IMG/VR virus record: IMGVR_UViG_3300044941_000276
Coordinates: 32,001 to 96,000 of that record
Length of the DNA stretch: 64,000 nt
Direction: 5' to 3' (one strand)
Source of the DNA: a virus
Translations under genes and position numbers: made by a program
The notes under the pieces: generated by a model
Seen by the model: only the letters and a program-made list of their open reading frames with translations
Told to the model about the DNA's origin: nothing
Database searches by the model: none
Part shown: positions 30,093-39,678 of the stretch, piece by piece
How the letters are laid out: each line of letters starts with the position of its first letter
Position numbering within the stretch: the stretch's first letter is position 1

Positions 30093-31598
30093 TTATCGAG
30101 CTACGTTCTCTACCATGATAGTAGCAGCATATGGGTTCATTACGCGTATACCGCGCCATCCTACCACTTCATAGCGAGATGCGTCCAAAGCTGTAGCTAC
30201 AGGTCCATTGCTGCCGCCTGTTGCACCACCCATACCATAGATATAGTTGGCTACAAGACTACGACTCTTCAAAGTCATCAAGCTAATAGCTGGAGTAGTA
30301 CCACTATCAGTTTCATATATACCAGTATCAATAAAGATAGCGTATCCACGATCTTGATAGTAGTTGGTCAAGGCTTCATCGACTACAAATGTAATAGTGT
30401 TGCCTTCATATATATAAGAATTAAACGTTGCGCCTACTGTAACTTCATTAGCCATTACTCTATTTGTCTTCTTGGCTTTAGTTATAGGATCGGTCATATT
30501 TAGACGATCTTTTGTAAAGAACCATGCACCGTAAGGGTTAATGTTAAACACTTCTTGTTGCAAAGCGCGAGCTTTTTGACGAGAGAATCTACGATTACAC
30601 AATACAGTGATATGGTTTCCAGTTGACATACCGCGACGTTCAGCTACGTTTTCAACAGCATCTTGGAACTGCTTAACTGTTAACGTATTATTGGTATAGT
30701 TAATATAGTGAGCATAACGCTCATATTGAGCAATAAGACCATCGCCAGCAATTACATCTTGCATGTTTTCTGTTTGCAACATGCTACGACCATTTTCTTC
30801 GTTCATTGCGCTACGACCGAAAATAAGGGCCGCGTTAGCGCTACGAGTAAAATGTTCCATTACTTGTTGCTCAATAGAATTGAGAGAGTAGATGCGGTAT
30901 TGACCACCATTAGCTCTCTCTGCTTTTTTCAAATCAGCCTCAGTCATGAAGAACTTATCTGACAACACGCGCAAATCAGAGCTATATTGTTGACCGGCTC
31001 TGATTTTCATCAGCCAGTTAATATGCTCTTCCATATTGTACCATTGTTTGTTGGTACCATACTCAGAAAGTTCAGGTTGCAAGTTATATACATAACGAGC
31101 AGTTGAGTTGATTTGAGTAAACGCTGTGTTAAGACGTTCAGTTGGCTTGTTAGTTACTAATTTACACTCATACAAATATTCATTTCCTGAAATTCGTTGA
31201 GGTTCACTAATTACATACAACAACTGAGTGTTTTGCAACGCAAACACATCATATTTGCTGAAGAAACGGTCATCGAGATAAATGTTAAGAATCTCTCCGT
31301 TTGTTCCACTTTGAGTGCATGGACGTTTAAAACGCAGTGTTGGAATTTGACTAGTGTCAATGCGCCACTTGAAAGAGTAGCTATCGATTTCTGAAAGACG
31401 AGTAAAAGATTTTTCATCTTCCATATAAATGTTACCTACTAACTCGGTGATAGTCAAAAGACCTAAGTCCTTTTGCTTGCTAAGACGCACGTAACCAGGA
31501 ATCAATGCGGGTTGTTGACCCATAAGATTCATGAAACGTTCTACCGTATAGTCAGTGTTTGAAAATTTAGCAATTGTTTCTTTTTGTACTAAACGCAT
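30093..31598 (-). CDS. Major capsid protein (crAss-like HK97 fold)
   Basis: 501 aa; FSKYDVFAL, QPELSEYG, AGDGLIAQ.ER, GIRVMNPY; position in the terminase-portal-scaffold-MCP module. Confidence 0.85.
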   Translation of the reverse strand: MRLVQKETIAKFSNTDYTVERFMNLMGQQPALIPGYVRLSKQKDLGLLTITELVGNIYMEDEKSFTRLSEIDSYSFKWRIDTSQIPTLRFKRPCTQSGTNGEILNIYLDDRFFSKYDVFALQNTQLLYVISEPQRISGNEYLYECKLVTNKPTERLNTAFTQINSTARYVYNLQPELSEYGTNKQWYNMEEHINWLMKIRAGQQYSSDLRVLSDKFFMTEADLKKAERANGGQYRIYSLNSIEQQVMEHFTRSANAALIFGRSAMNEENGRSMLQTENMQDVIAGDGLIAQYERYAHYINYTNNTLTVKQFQDAVENVAERRGMSTGNHITVLCNRRFSRQKARALQQEVFNINPYGAWFFTKDRLNMTDPITKAKKTNRVMANEVTVGATFNSYIYEGNTITFVVDEALTNYYQDRGYAIFIDTGIYETDSGTTPAISLMTLKSRSLVANYIYGMGGATGGSNGPVATALDASRYEVVGWRGIRVMNPYAATIMVENVAR

Positions 31599-31644
31599 GG
31601 TTAATTTAATTAAATTTTAAATATTATTTCTCCTATTATTTTTT

Positions 31645-32658
31645 CTAAATATCTACTCCGAAAAAGAAATCGGATACATCTTCTACTTCTTCATCTAATT
31701 TACTATTATATCGCTGTTTGCTATTATAATTGTTTTTATCATCTACAACAACTCTTTTCTTTTTTAATTCTGCAATTTCGTCAGTTAACTTATTTACATA
31801 TCCAGCGATTTTAGGTAATATTGCATAAGCTGTAGCTATTTCGAGTAATCCTTCTCTTGTATCGAGTAGATCTATTAATTCTGATCTGCCATTGTTGCTA
31901 AATATAAGTTGCCTTACATTATTTTTTACATCATCATCTACAATAAAATTATGGATGTGACTTATATTATCTATGAGCTCATCAACTACTTGATATTCTT
32001 CTCTAATTTTAGACATTTTGAGCTCATTAACTTCGTCTTCTTCCTCCCTAATTTTACGTTCAATCATATCAGATAACTCTCTTCTAGCCTGATTGAGTTT
32101 ATATTCATAATTAGGAGACTCTTTTAATAATTCTATCTCCATTGCTATTTGAGATTCATCAAAATCAGGATACATATCGGACAATTTCCAAAAAAGTACC
32201 TCATCATCGGTATATTCCTCATCGTATTCTCCAACATATCCTAAAAGTTTTTCAATAGTTTCAGTATCTCCAGAACGATAAGCGTTTATAAGATCTATTT
32301 CAAATGAATCAAGATCATCTTCGGAATCATAATCTTCAAAATTATCGTTAGCTTCACTATATCTTAATACGTCTAGCAATTGTTTATTATTAAGATCTGA
32401 TAACGGTATTTGAATAGGATCTTCATCTGTTCCACTGATAATATACTCACTTCCTATTTTAGATCTTACATAACCAAGTAAGTTAGAATCGGGACCCATA
32501 CCACCATAGGATTCTCTTGCTTTTCGATCTAATCTTTCTATTGGATCTTCCTTAATAATGTTAAAAAAAGGATCAAGTTGATTATTGTTATCTACACTTA
32601 TAGGTTCTTGATTAACATTTACAAGAACTTCATCATCATAATTATCAAAATTTGTCAT
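31645..32658 (-). CDS. Acidic scaffold-like protein
   Basis: Very Asp/Glu-rich, directly upstream of MCP. Confidence 0.65.
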   Translation of the reverse strand: MTNFDNYDDEVLVNVNQEPISVDNNNQLDPFFNIIKEDPIERLDRKARESYGGMGPDSNLLGYVRSKIGSEYIISGTDEDPIQIPLSDLNNKQLLDVLRYSEANDNFEDYDSEDDLDSFEIDLINAYRSGDTETIEKLLGYVGEYDEEYTDDEVLFWKLSDMYPDFDESQIAMEIELLKESPNYEYKLNQARRELSDMIERKIREEEDEVNELKMSKIREEYQVVDELIDNISHIHNFIVDDDVKNNVRQLIFSNNGRSELIDLLDTREGLLEIATAYAILPKIAGYVNKLTDEIAELKKKRVVVDDKNNYNSKQRYNSKLDEEVEDVSDFFFGVDI

Positions 32659-32676
32659 AACGCTCGTTATATTTTA

Positions 32677-33849
32677 TCATAAACTAATTGTAATTGTATT
32701 TCCACTCATATTGGTTGTTATATCATCGCAATCTAGTGCTCTAATTCCTTCTATATATATAGTATAATCTCTATCTATGCAAGGTATTGTATAAACACCG
32801 CCTATATTTTTATTATTAAAAACTTGATTCCAAGTAACGTCGGATAAACCAGATTGTCCGTTCACTAAAAATTCTGTAATTTCATGTATATTATTTATAC
32901 CTTGCCAAGCTATGTTTATTTGAGAACAATAAGTTCCAACTTGATTTATTCCTACTTGAAACTGTCCTAATATTTGAATATTTCCTGTAACATTTGGTCC
33001 TAGTTCTATTATAACAAGATACGGTAAGGTAGATACTGTTCTATTAATAGTAAATGAACCAGCACAATTTGAAACAGTCATTGTTATATTGTAACTAGTG
33101 TTTAAATTTAGTCCCGTAAAAGTAACAGTTCCTGTTGGTTCTACCAAATTTATAGTTTGACTACCCAATGTTATAGTACCAGTAGCTTGAGGATTTTGTA
33201 AAACGTAAGACAAAGTAATACTAGATGTAGTTACAGCAATCACATCTAAAAAAGGAGGATTAACTGATGAATATTGACAACAATCAGGAGAATCGAGTTG
33301 AACTATTCTAGTATTAAATAAATTGGTGGCCCAAGGATCAGGTATACCCAAAGCTATTATATCAGCAATAGTTGCATTATAAGGTATATTTATTATAGAT
33401 TCTACACCATCAATAACAGATCTAACTTTATATCTTATAACATCTCCTTGATAACAAGTATCAATATTGTACCATTGATAAGAAGTTGTTCCACATGTGG
33501 GTATAGAATTTTCAAATAAAGCAATCAATTCTCTAGATCGAGGGTTACTGCATATCAAAGGACAATCAATTAAAAACTTTGTCTTAGATTTTTCTATTTC
33601 TTCTTGTGTAAGACAAGATTTACCACAAACAAGCAAATGATTATCAATATATTCTAACCACTCGACTAGTCTATAAAGTTCATAAAAATAATTATTAATA
33701 AGAGTTCTTAAATCTTTTTGATGATCTCCATATCGTTCATAGTGAACTATATCGTCGAAATAACTTAACATATAGGGTTCAAGTATACGATAGCCCTTTT
33801 CTATTAAGTTATTATATCGACTATGGTAAGGATAAGTATTACACATCAA
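32677..33849 (-). CDS. Virion surface protein with FN3-like domain
   Basis: VTTSSITLSY...VTFTGLNLNTSYNITMT. Confidence 0.6.
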   Translation of the reverse strand: MMCNTYPYHSRYNNLIEKGYRILEPYMLSYFDDIVHYERYGDHQKDLRTLINNYFYELYRLVEWLEYIDNHLLVCGKSCLTQEEIEKSKTKFLIDCPLICSNPRSRELIALFENSIPTCGTTSYQWYNIDTCYQGDVIRYKVRSVIDGVESIINIPYNATIADIIALGIPDPWATNLFNTRIVQLDSPDCCQYSSVNPPFLDVIAVTTSSITLSYVLQNPQATGTITLGSQTINLVEPTGTVTFTGLNLNTSYNITMTVSNCAGSFTINRTVSTLPYLVIIELGPNVTGNIQILGQFQVGINQVGTYCSQINIAWQGINNIHEITEFLVNGQSGLSDVTWNQVFNNKNIGGVYTIPCIDRDYTIYIEGIRALDCDDITTNMSGNTITISL

Positions 33850-35678
33850 TTTAACGTTTTAGTTACTATAGTACCTACTGTAAAAGTACCTATTAATCTC
33901 CTGAACGCAAAGTCAGAGTTACCAAATATACGAGTAGATGTATTATTTTTCACTTGTAATTGAGAACCCGATATACGACCTTGTAAATTAAAAGTGCCTT
34001 CTTGACTAACCAATGTAAAGTTTTGCCAGTTGGTTGTAAACCCAAAACCTGAAAAAGAATTAGGATTGGGATTATACCCTGGTACATTATAAGGTGAAGG
34101 CGATATTCTCATATTCACTGTTGTTACTGATACAGTACCTCCTGAATATCTATTAAAGACACCTCCTGATATAGGAGGGCTGCTTGGAGACTTAGCGTTA
34201 AATTGAAATCCCGATAGAAGTAAATTTGTTGTTGGCGAAGGCCAAGTACTTTGTCCTCCTGATAATAGAGTGATTGTATAATCGGCACCAAATATAGGAT
34301 TTAATTCTTGAGTGATGTATTGATTTAACGCTGCTTCTATTCCAGCAGTTGTAGTGGATGATAATTTAATATATACCTCGGTTGCAGGATCAAATGATCG
34401 AGGTGGTGTGGCTTCACTAGGAGAATTAACCGTGCCTATAGATAATCTTCTTGGAGATACAAGTTGTCCTCTGTAGTTTGCAGTTAAAGCTATATGGGTA
34501 GCATAATTGATATTTGCTCCAGGAGAAGTTGCTGATATATTGCTAGTCGTATAATACACCTCTCTTTCTTCTGTAACGGTGACTTGATTCATTTCTACAT
34601 TAGGTCCATTATCTACAACACAAGTAGAACCTTGTTGTATATAACCTTGTGGACAAGATGATACACAAGTACCTGAGAAACAGAATAATCCAGAACAACA
34701 AACGCCTGATGTACAGCTACCACCTTGACCAATACATGGATTTTCTGTACATTGTCCATTTCTACAAGTACGATTATTACCACAAGGTAATCCTTCTCTT
34801 ATATTAACAGTGGTTGTTTCTGTAGAATCTACACATTGTCCTCCAACACATATCTGTCTAACCGACGATTGTATACAATCGTTAGGTTGTGGAGGGATCA
34901 ATCTTTCTCTACATTCTGGATTACATGGTCGATCAATACATATACCGTTTTGACAAATCTGTCCCGATGGGCAAGATTTAGGTTGACATCTTCCATTTCT
35001 ACATTCGGTACAAGGATCTTGACAAGAACCGTTAGGACAATCGAGAGAACAAGGTGCGTTTTGACAATTTATTTTACATGAACCATTTACGCAGTTATAA
35101 CCGGCTGGACATGAACCTTGAGGACAAGATGGACTACATGTCGTACAAGGTTGAACACATTTATTTCCATCGCAATTACCAGTACATACAAAATACGGTT
35201 CACTTGTATCAACACATTGACCGTTTACACAACGAGTATTTCTTCTAAATTCTCCACAAATGACTGTACTGACAACTCTATAGTCGGTACATCCAACACA
35301 AGACTGAGATGTACATGTACCAAGTTGATTAGCTGTAGCTTGAGCTATACGACGAAATTCTTCTTCTGCTTGTCTATTGGCATCCTCTTGAGATATCGAC
35401 GATCTATATCTTCCAGCAGGAATATTAACTGTAACAAGCGATCCTACTGCTGGAAAAACACATTCCTTTCTTACTTGTCTTGATATCGCTACGTTAAAAT
35501 AAGTATTGCAACTTTCATCAGGTACAATGCGAGTATTTAATAAATTTATAGCGTCTTCTAAACTTATATCGGGTATAAGTAAGGTTAATTCATAAGGTGT
35601 TATGTTTACAGGAACACTGTAAGTAGCTTTAGGTTTTCCACAACATCCCCCCCATTCTATTGTTGTATATCTTATCAT
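33846..35678 (-). CDS. DUF5977-like domain + Cys-rich repeat protein
   Basis: YFNVAIS..GSLVTVNIPAGRYRSSISQEDANRQA..ANQLGTC followed by many C-x(3-6)-C-xNG-xC units; likely start at the 35678 ATGA overlap. Confidence 0.65.
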   Translation of the reverse strand: MIRYTTIEWGGCCGKPKATYSVPVNITPYELTLLIPDISLEDAINLLNTRIVPDESCNTYFNVAISRQVRKECVFPAVGSLVTVNIPAGRYRSSISQEDANRQAEEEFRRIAQATANQLGTCTSQSCVGCTDYRVVSTVICGEFRRNTRCVNGQCVDTSEPYFVCTGNCDGNKCVQPCTTCSPSCPQGSCPAGYNCVNGSCKINCQNAPCSLDCPNGSCQDPCTECRNGRCQPKSCPSGQICQNGICIDRPCNPECRERLIPPQPNDCIQSSVRQICVGGQCVDSTETTTVNIREGLPCGNNRTCRNGQCTENPCIGQGGSCTSGVCCSGLFCFSGTCVSSCPQGYIQQGSTCVVDNGPNVEMNQVTVTEEREVYYTTSNISATSPGANINYATHIALTANYRGQLVSPRRLSIGTVNSPSEATPPRSFDPATEVYIKLSSTTTAGIEAALNQYITQELNPIFGADYTITLLSGGQSTWPSPTTNLLLSGFQFNAKSPSSPPISGGVFNRYSGGTVSVTTVNMRISPSPYNVPGYNPNPNSFSGFGFTTNWQNFTLVSQEGTFNLQGRISGSQLQVKNNTSTRIFGNSDFAFRRLIGTFTVGTIVTKTLN

Positions 35679-37825
35679 ATGCAAGTACCGTTTGACCAAT
35701 TAAAACATTTAGGACAATTTAGTCTACATACATCGCAATATTTTAATAAAGCCTCTTTTAATTTATCCCACTCTGCAAAATCATCAAGCTGATTAGTGAT
35801 GTCAATTGCAGTATATCTATAATTTGCACGTATGTTATAATATTCTAATTTATTTAAAAACAATTGATATATAGGTTGTATAGTAGCTAATCGACCATTC
35901 ATCAGCTCTCTGTCATCACAACAACCACTGGTGGTGGTTTTACACAATTGCTCTTTTAACAATTTATTGTAACACTCATTTATTTTGCAAAATATAGGAA
36001 GTATAACATTTTTATCTCCGTAAGTTATTATATAAATATTATCTTCTTTAAATCGATGAGTTTGTTTGCTTAATGGATTTATAGTATAAGTTTGAATCGT
36101 TTGATTTGTTTTTGATAATTTTATATTAACTGTTTGAGGTGTAGTACAATTATTTATTATTTCATATACATCACATTCGCTACATTTTTCTATGCTTTTA
36201 CACACAGGCCTTACTTGTAAACATTCACATATATCAAATTCTACTGTTTTTTCTACTGTATCACAACAGTTAGATAACTGAGCTACAACTTTATAAGGAG
36301 ATAATTGTGTAGGAGTAAATCTAAATACAGCACTATTTGGGTTATTTGACACTATTATTGTACTATATTCTTCTTCAGGTATCCAAGAAGAAGTATCAAT
36401 ATCATAACGATAAGCTTGATAAGATATAGATTGATTTGTTTCAGAGAAAGTAGCAAAATGATTGGGATCAAAGTTTTGAGGATTAAAACCGCCAGTGAGG
36501 GTCAATTGTTCACATAAATCGTTATTTACTTCTACTATGCTAGGTAATATCGTTACAGTTTCTCCAAGATTTACACAACATGGAGGTTTAGTTAATTCTA
36601 ATCGAGGGATATACTCTAATACTGTTATTGTATTATATACCCAAGAAGATAGTAATATTATTCTACTTGTTCCTCCACAATTTACTACTTGTCTAGCAAT
36701 AAATCTTTTTCTTATATTATATTGACCTGGACCTAATGCACAATTACTATAAGTAAATCTATTAGTTCTAGGTATCGATGCCATACGATACCATTCACCA
36801 GATATTTCTATTTCATATTCTACTCTACCTCTATTAGCGAGAGCGGGATTAAAAATATTGGTAGAATCAACAATTTCTATAATATCACTACAAGATTTTT
36901 GAACATATGAACTTATTTCAACAGCTACTGATTCTATATCAACGCTACTAGACATAAATTGTAGCCCTCCAGTAGAAATCAACAAACCGTTGAAGAATAT
37001 TTTAGAATAATATTGATATCCAAAGTTTATAGTGTAATAACCCTCGGGTAGATTAGATATGGTCAGGGTTTTATTTGCGCTACTATATAATCCTATAACA
37101 GGAGTAATGCTTGATGAATGGTACTCAATAGTATATCCTTCCCCGTCATTTTTTAGCGTTAGTATAAAAGATTGATCTGGGAAAGTTGTAACGATTGAGT
37201 TATTAGCATAATATACACCTTCGGTAGAATCTACTGTGTAATAGATATTACTTGATTGATATCCTCCAGGTGTAAGTATAAAGGTATCTCCGATAGCTTC
37301 CCATTCTATTGTTCCACTTGGAGCATATATTATACGACTTCTAAGAGTAACTGGCGCAGATGGTTTTACTAAAGCTGTACCAGTTACTTTAAAACTAGCA
37401 TACGTTTCCCATACTCCAGGACTAACTTCTCGTTCAACTATTACCGTCGAGTTTAATAAAATTGGATTTTGTAACCAACTAGTATTGCTTACTGAAACAT
37501 CTGGGTGAGGATAGGTTTGTACACTTGTTACATCATATAATAATATACCTTGAGTGTCAGGTAGTCGTTTGTATATTACTTTTGGAGAAACTACCTCGTA
37601 AAAATATTGCTGACTATCTGTACCAGAGGTAAGAGTAGCAGTTGCTATATAACCAGAGCTATTTATATCAGTGATCCCGTTTATTTGCAAAGAAGCGGGT
37701 TGATTTACTACTCCTGGTTGGTCAGATAAAAAATTTATAGTTCTATTAAATCCTCGCGATACTGTTATATAATTACTATTATAAAATAATCGGATATCAC
37801 GAGGAGTAGTAATAAATATAGCCAT
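35675..37825 (-). CDS. Beta-rich virion protein with Cys-rich C-terminus
   Basis: 716-aa ORF. Confidence 0.6.
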   Translation of the reverse strand: MAIFITTPRDIRLFYNSNYITVSRGFNRTINFLSDQPGVVNQPASLQINGITDINSSGYIATATLTSGTDSQQYFYEVVSPKVIYKRLPDTQGILLYDVTSVQTYPHPDVSVSNTSWLQNPILLNSTVIVEREVSPGVWETYASFKVTGTALVKPSAPVTLRSRIIYAPSGTIEWEAIGDTFILTPGGYQSSNIYYTVDSTEGVYYANNSIVTTFPDQSFILTLKNDGEGYTIEYHSSSITPVIGLYSSANKTLTISNLPEGYYTINFGYQYYSKIFFNGLLISTGGLQFMSSSVDIESVAVEISSYVQKSCSDIIEIVDSTNIFNPALANRGRVEYEIEISGEWYRMASIPRTNRFTYSNCALGPGQYNIRKRFIARQVVNCGGTSRIILLSSWVYNTITVLEYIPRLELTKPPCCVNLGETVTILPSIVEVNNDLCEQLTLTGGFNPQNFDPNHFATFSETNQSISYQAYRYDIDTSSWIPEEEYSTIIVSNNPNSAVFRFTPTQLSPYKVVAQLSNCCDTVEKTVEFDICECLQVRPVCKSIEKCSECDVYEIINNCTTPQTVNIKLSKTNQTIQTYTINPLSKQTHRFKEDNIYIITYGDKNVILPIFCKINECYNKLLKEQLCKTTTSGCCDDRELMNGRLATIQPIYQLFLNKLEYYNIRANYRYTAIDITNQLDDFAEWDKLKEALLKYCDVCRLNCPKCFNWSNGTCI

Positions 37826-39243
37826 TATATAGACGTTGTTAATTTAGTTGCCAATTCATTCACTCTATCTTGAAGGTTTTTAACTACACGTATCAAAGTA
37901 TCAAGTTCGTTTTTATTAGCAAACCCCCAAGGAGACGTATTAGTTGTATCGGTGATAACAAAATCATTTGTACCAGTTAAAGCTGTAACAGTAATTGTGG
38001 TTAGAGCAGTGTTAACCATCGGACTAGTTGAAATAGCACTTAATTTGTTATCGTTAGCTACTGTAAATACACGATTATTAGTACCGTTAACATGATTGTC
38101 CACATTACGAGCAGCTACCAATTCAGTATTAATCTTACTTGCTGACCACAAATGGGTGATAGAAGTAGAAGAATCGTTAATCTGTCTATGAATAGTAGAG
38201 TCGGCAATGTGCGCATCTATCTGAGTATGGTTATTTATCCCTGCACCTGATAAACTTTGATGGGGTATATTTTCTGGTGATACTTGTATCGCAACATGAT
38301 CAGGTTGATCTGAAACACTCAATGTTGTATTACCAGCTCTAATTCTTTTAAATTGTAAATCTACACCTGATTTACCTGCAAAAATAATAGCACCTGTTCC
38401 AGCTAAATTACTACCAGTGTTAACTTCACCAATATCGGCAGACCATTCCAATCCACTCAAAGTAGAACTATTAGCTTTAAGTACTTGACCATTAGATCCT
38501 GGCGTTAAAGATACATAGTTCACACCATCGTGTACGAGAATATGACCTTTTGCTGGTGTTAGTGATGCAGCTGAAACTACTTGATTAATTGTAGTACTGT
38601 GCGGGTTAATTGTAGATGCTATATGGGCATCTATTTGAGCGTGGGTGTTAGATCCCCTATTATTAATAAAATTGTGGTCTATGTCTGCTTGTGTAAAGTG
38701 AATAGAATTATTTGCTATATGTGTGTCTATTTGAGCATGAGTATTGGTACCGCGATTAATTATATTGTTGTGGTCAATTTGACTTTGAGTAAAGTGGATA
38801 TTATTATTATCCAAGTGTACTCTAATCGCAGATACCTGAGTTTCATTAGGCGACCCTTGAGCTATCACTTGAACTTGAGAAGGGTTAGGTAAATTATCAA
38901 TCAAGTTTTTCAACAATTGACCTTGAGCAGCAGACAATGGGCTATCAACCGAATTGGATAAAAGATTGTTTACCACATTGGCTCGTTTAAGTATAGTAGG
39001 ATCGGCGTTTTCTTTTCCAGCAATTGCTGCAGACAATCCGCTAATCGATGCGATAGACAAACCATCGATTTTATTATAACTACTATCAACAAGATTTTGT
39101 ATAACACTTTGTAATACTGTAAATATCTCGTTAACAGTACTTGGTATAATTAACGGAGAAGTATTATCCATCTTAGTATCAAGCTCGTTAGCTTTCCATG
39201 TACTAAGTTGGGTTGATATTTGAGACGAACTAAGTATAGCCAT
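37825..39243 (-). CDS. Fibre protein (possible head fibre) with His repeats
   Basis: Repeated THAQID.HI and HFTQ..IDH units, PLSAAQG, GSNGQVLKA; coiled-coil end. Confidence 0.65.
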   Translation of the reverse strand: MAILSSSQISTQLSTWKANELDTKMDNTSPLIIPSTVNEIFTVLQSVIQNLVDSSYNKIDGLSIASISGLSAAIAGKENADPTILKRANVVNNLLSNSVDSPLSAAQGQLLKNLIDNLPNPSQVQVIAQGSPNETQVSAIRVHLDNNNIHFTQSQIDHNNIINRGTNTHAQIDTHIANNSIHFTQADIDHNFINNRGSNTHAQIDAHIASTINPHSTTINQVVSAASLTPAKGHILVHDGVNYVSLTPGSNGQVLKANSSTLSGLEWSADIGEVNTGSNLAGTGAIIFAGKSGVDLQFKRIRAGNTTLSVSDQPDHVAIQVSPENIPHQSLSGAGINNHTQIDAHIADSTIHRQINDSSTSITHLWSASKINTELVAARNVDNHVNGTNNRVFTVANDNKLSAISTSPMVNTALTTITVTALTGTNDFVITDTTNTSPWGFANKNELDTLIRVVKNLQDRVNELATKLTTSI

Positions 39244-39252
39244 ATATTAATA

Positions 39253-39678
39253 TTAAAAAGGATTCCAATAAAATTCACTAATTGGTTTTAAATGTAAGAG
39301 TTTTTTATAATTATCTAATAAGTTTTGTAGTTTCTCTTTTCCAAACTTATCAACCCATCGCGATTTAAATAATTGCCCCTCTCTTATAAAATAAACAGTG
39401 TGAGGATCTGATCGCACAGGTATCAATAATTCTTGATTGTTATCTTTTTTTTCTACTTTTTGATTTTTTAGTAGAGTCGTATATCTAAGTCGAGTAATTC
39501 TAATAGTTTCTTCATCATATTGGTCACAATTATCCAATATTGATTTATATTCTTCTAGCTTTTTTAACTCGGCTGCTTTTTTTTCTTCTTTTTCTTGAAG
39601 CCTTCTTGTTTGATATCTTTTAGAATAAACGTTCCAACGTTCTCCATCAAACTTATATCTTTTTGTACGTTGAGCCAT
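39253..39678 (-). CDS. Hypothetical basic protein
   Basis: 141-aa ORF coupled to the portal stop. Confidence 0.6.
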   Translation of the reverse strand: MAQRTKRYKFDGERWNVYSKRYQTRRLQEKEEKKAAELKKLEEYKSILDNCDQYDEETIRITRLRYTTLLKNQKVEKKDNNQELLIPVRSDPHTVYFIREGQLFKSRWVDKFGKEKLQNLLDNYKKLLHLKPISEFYWNPF

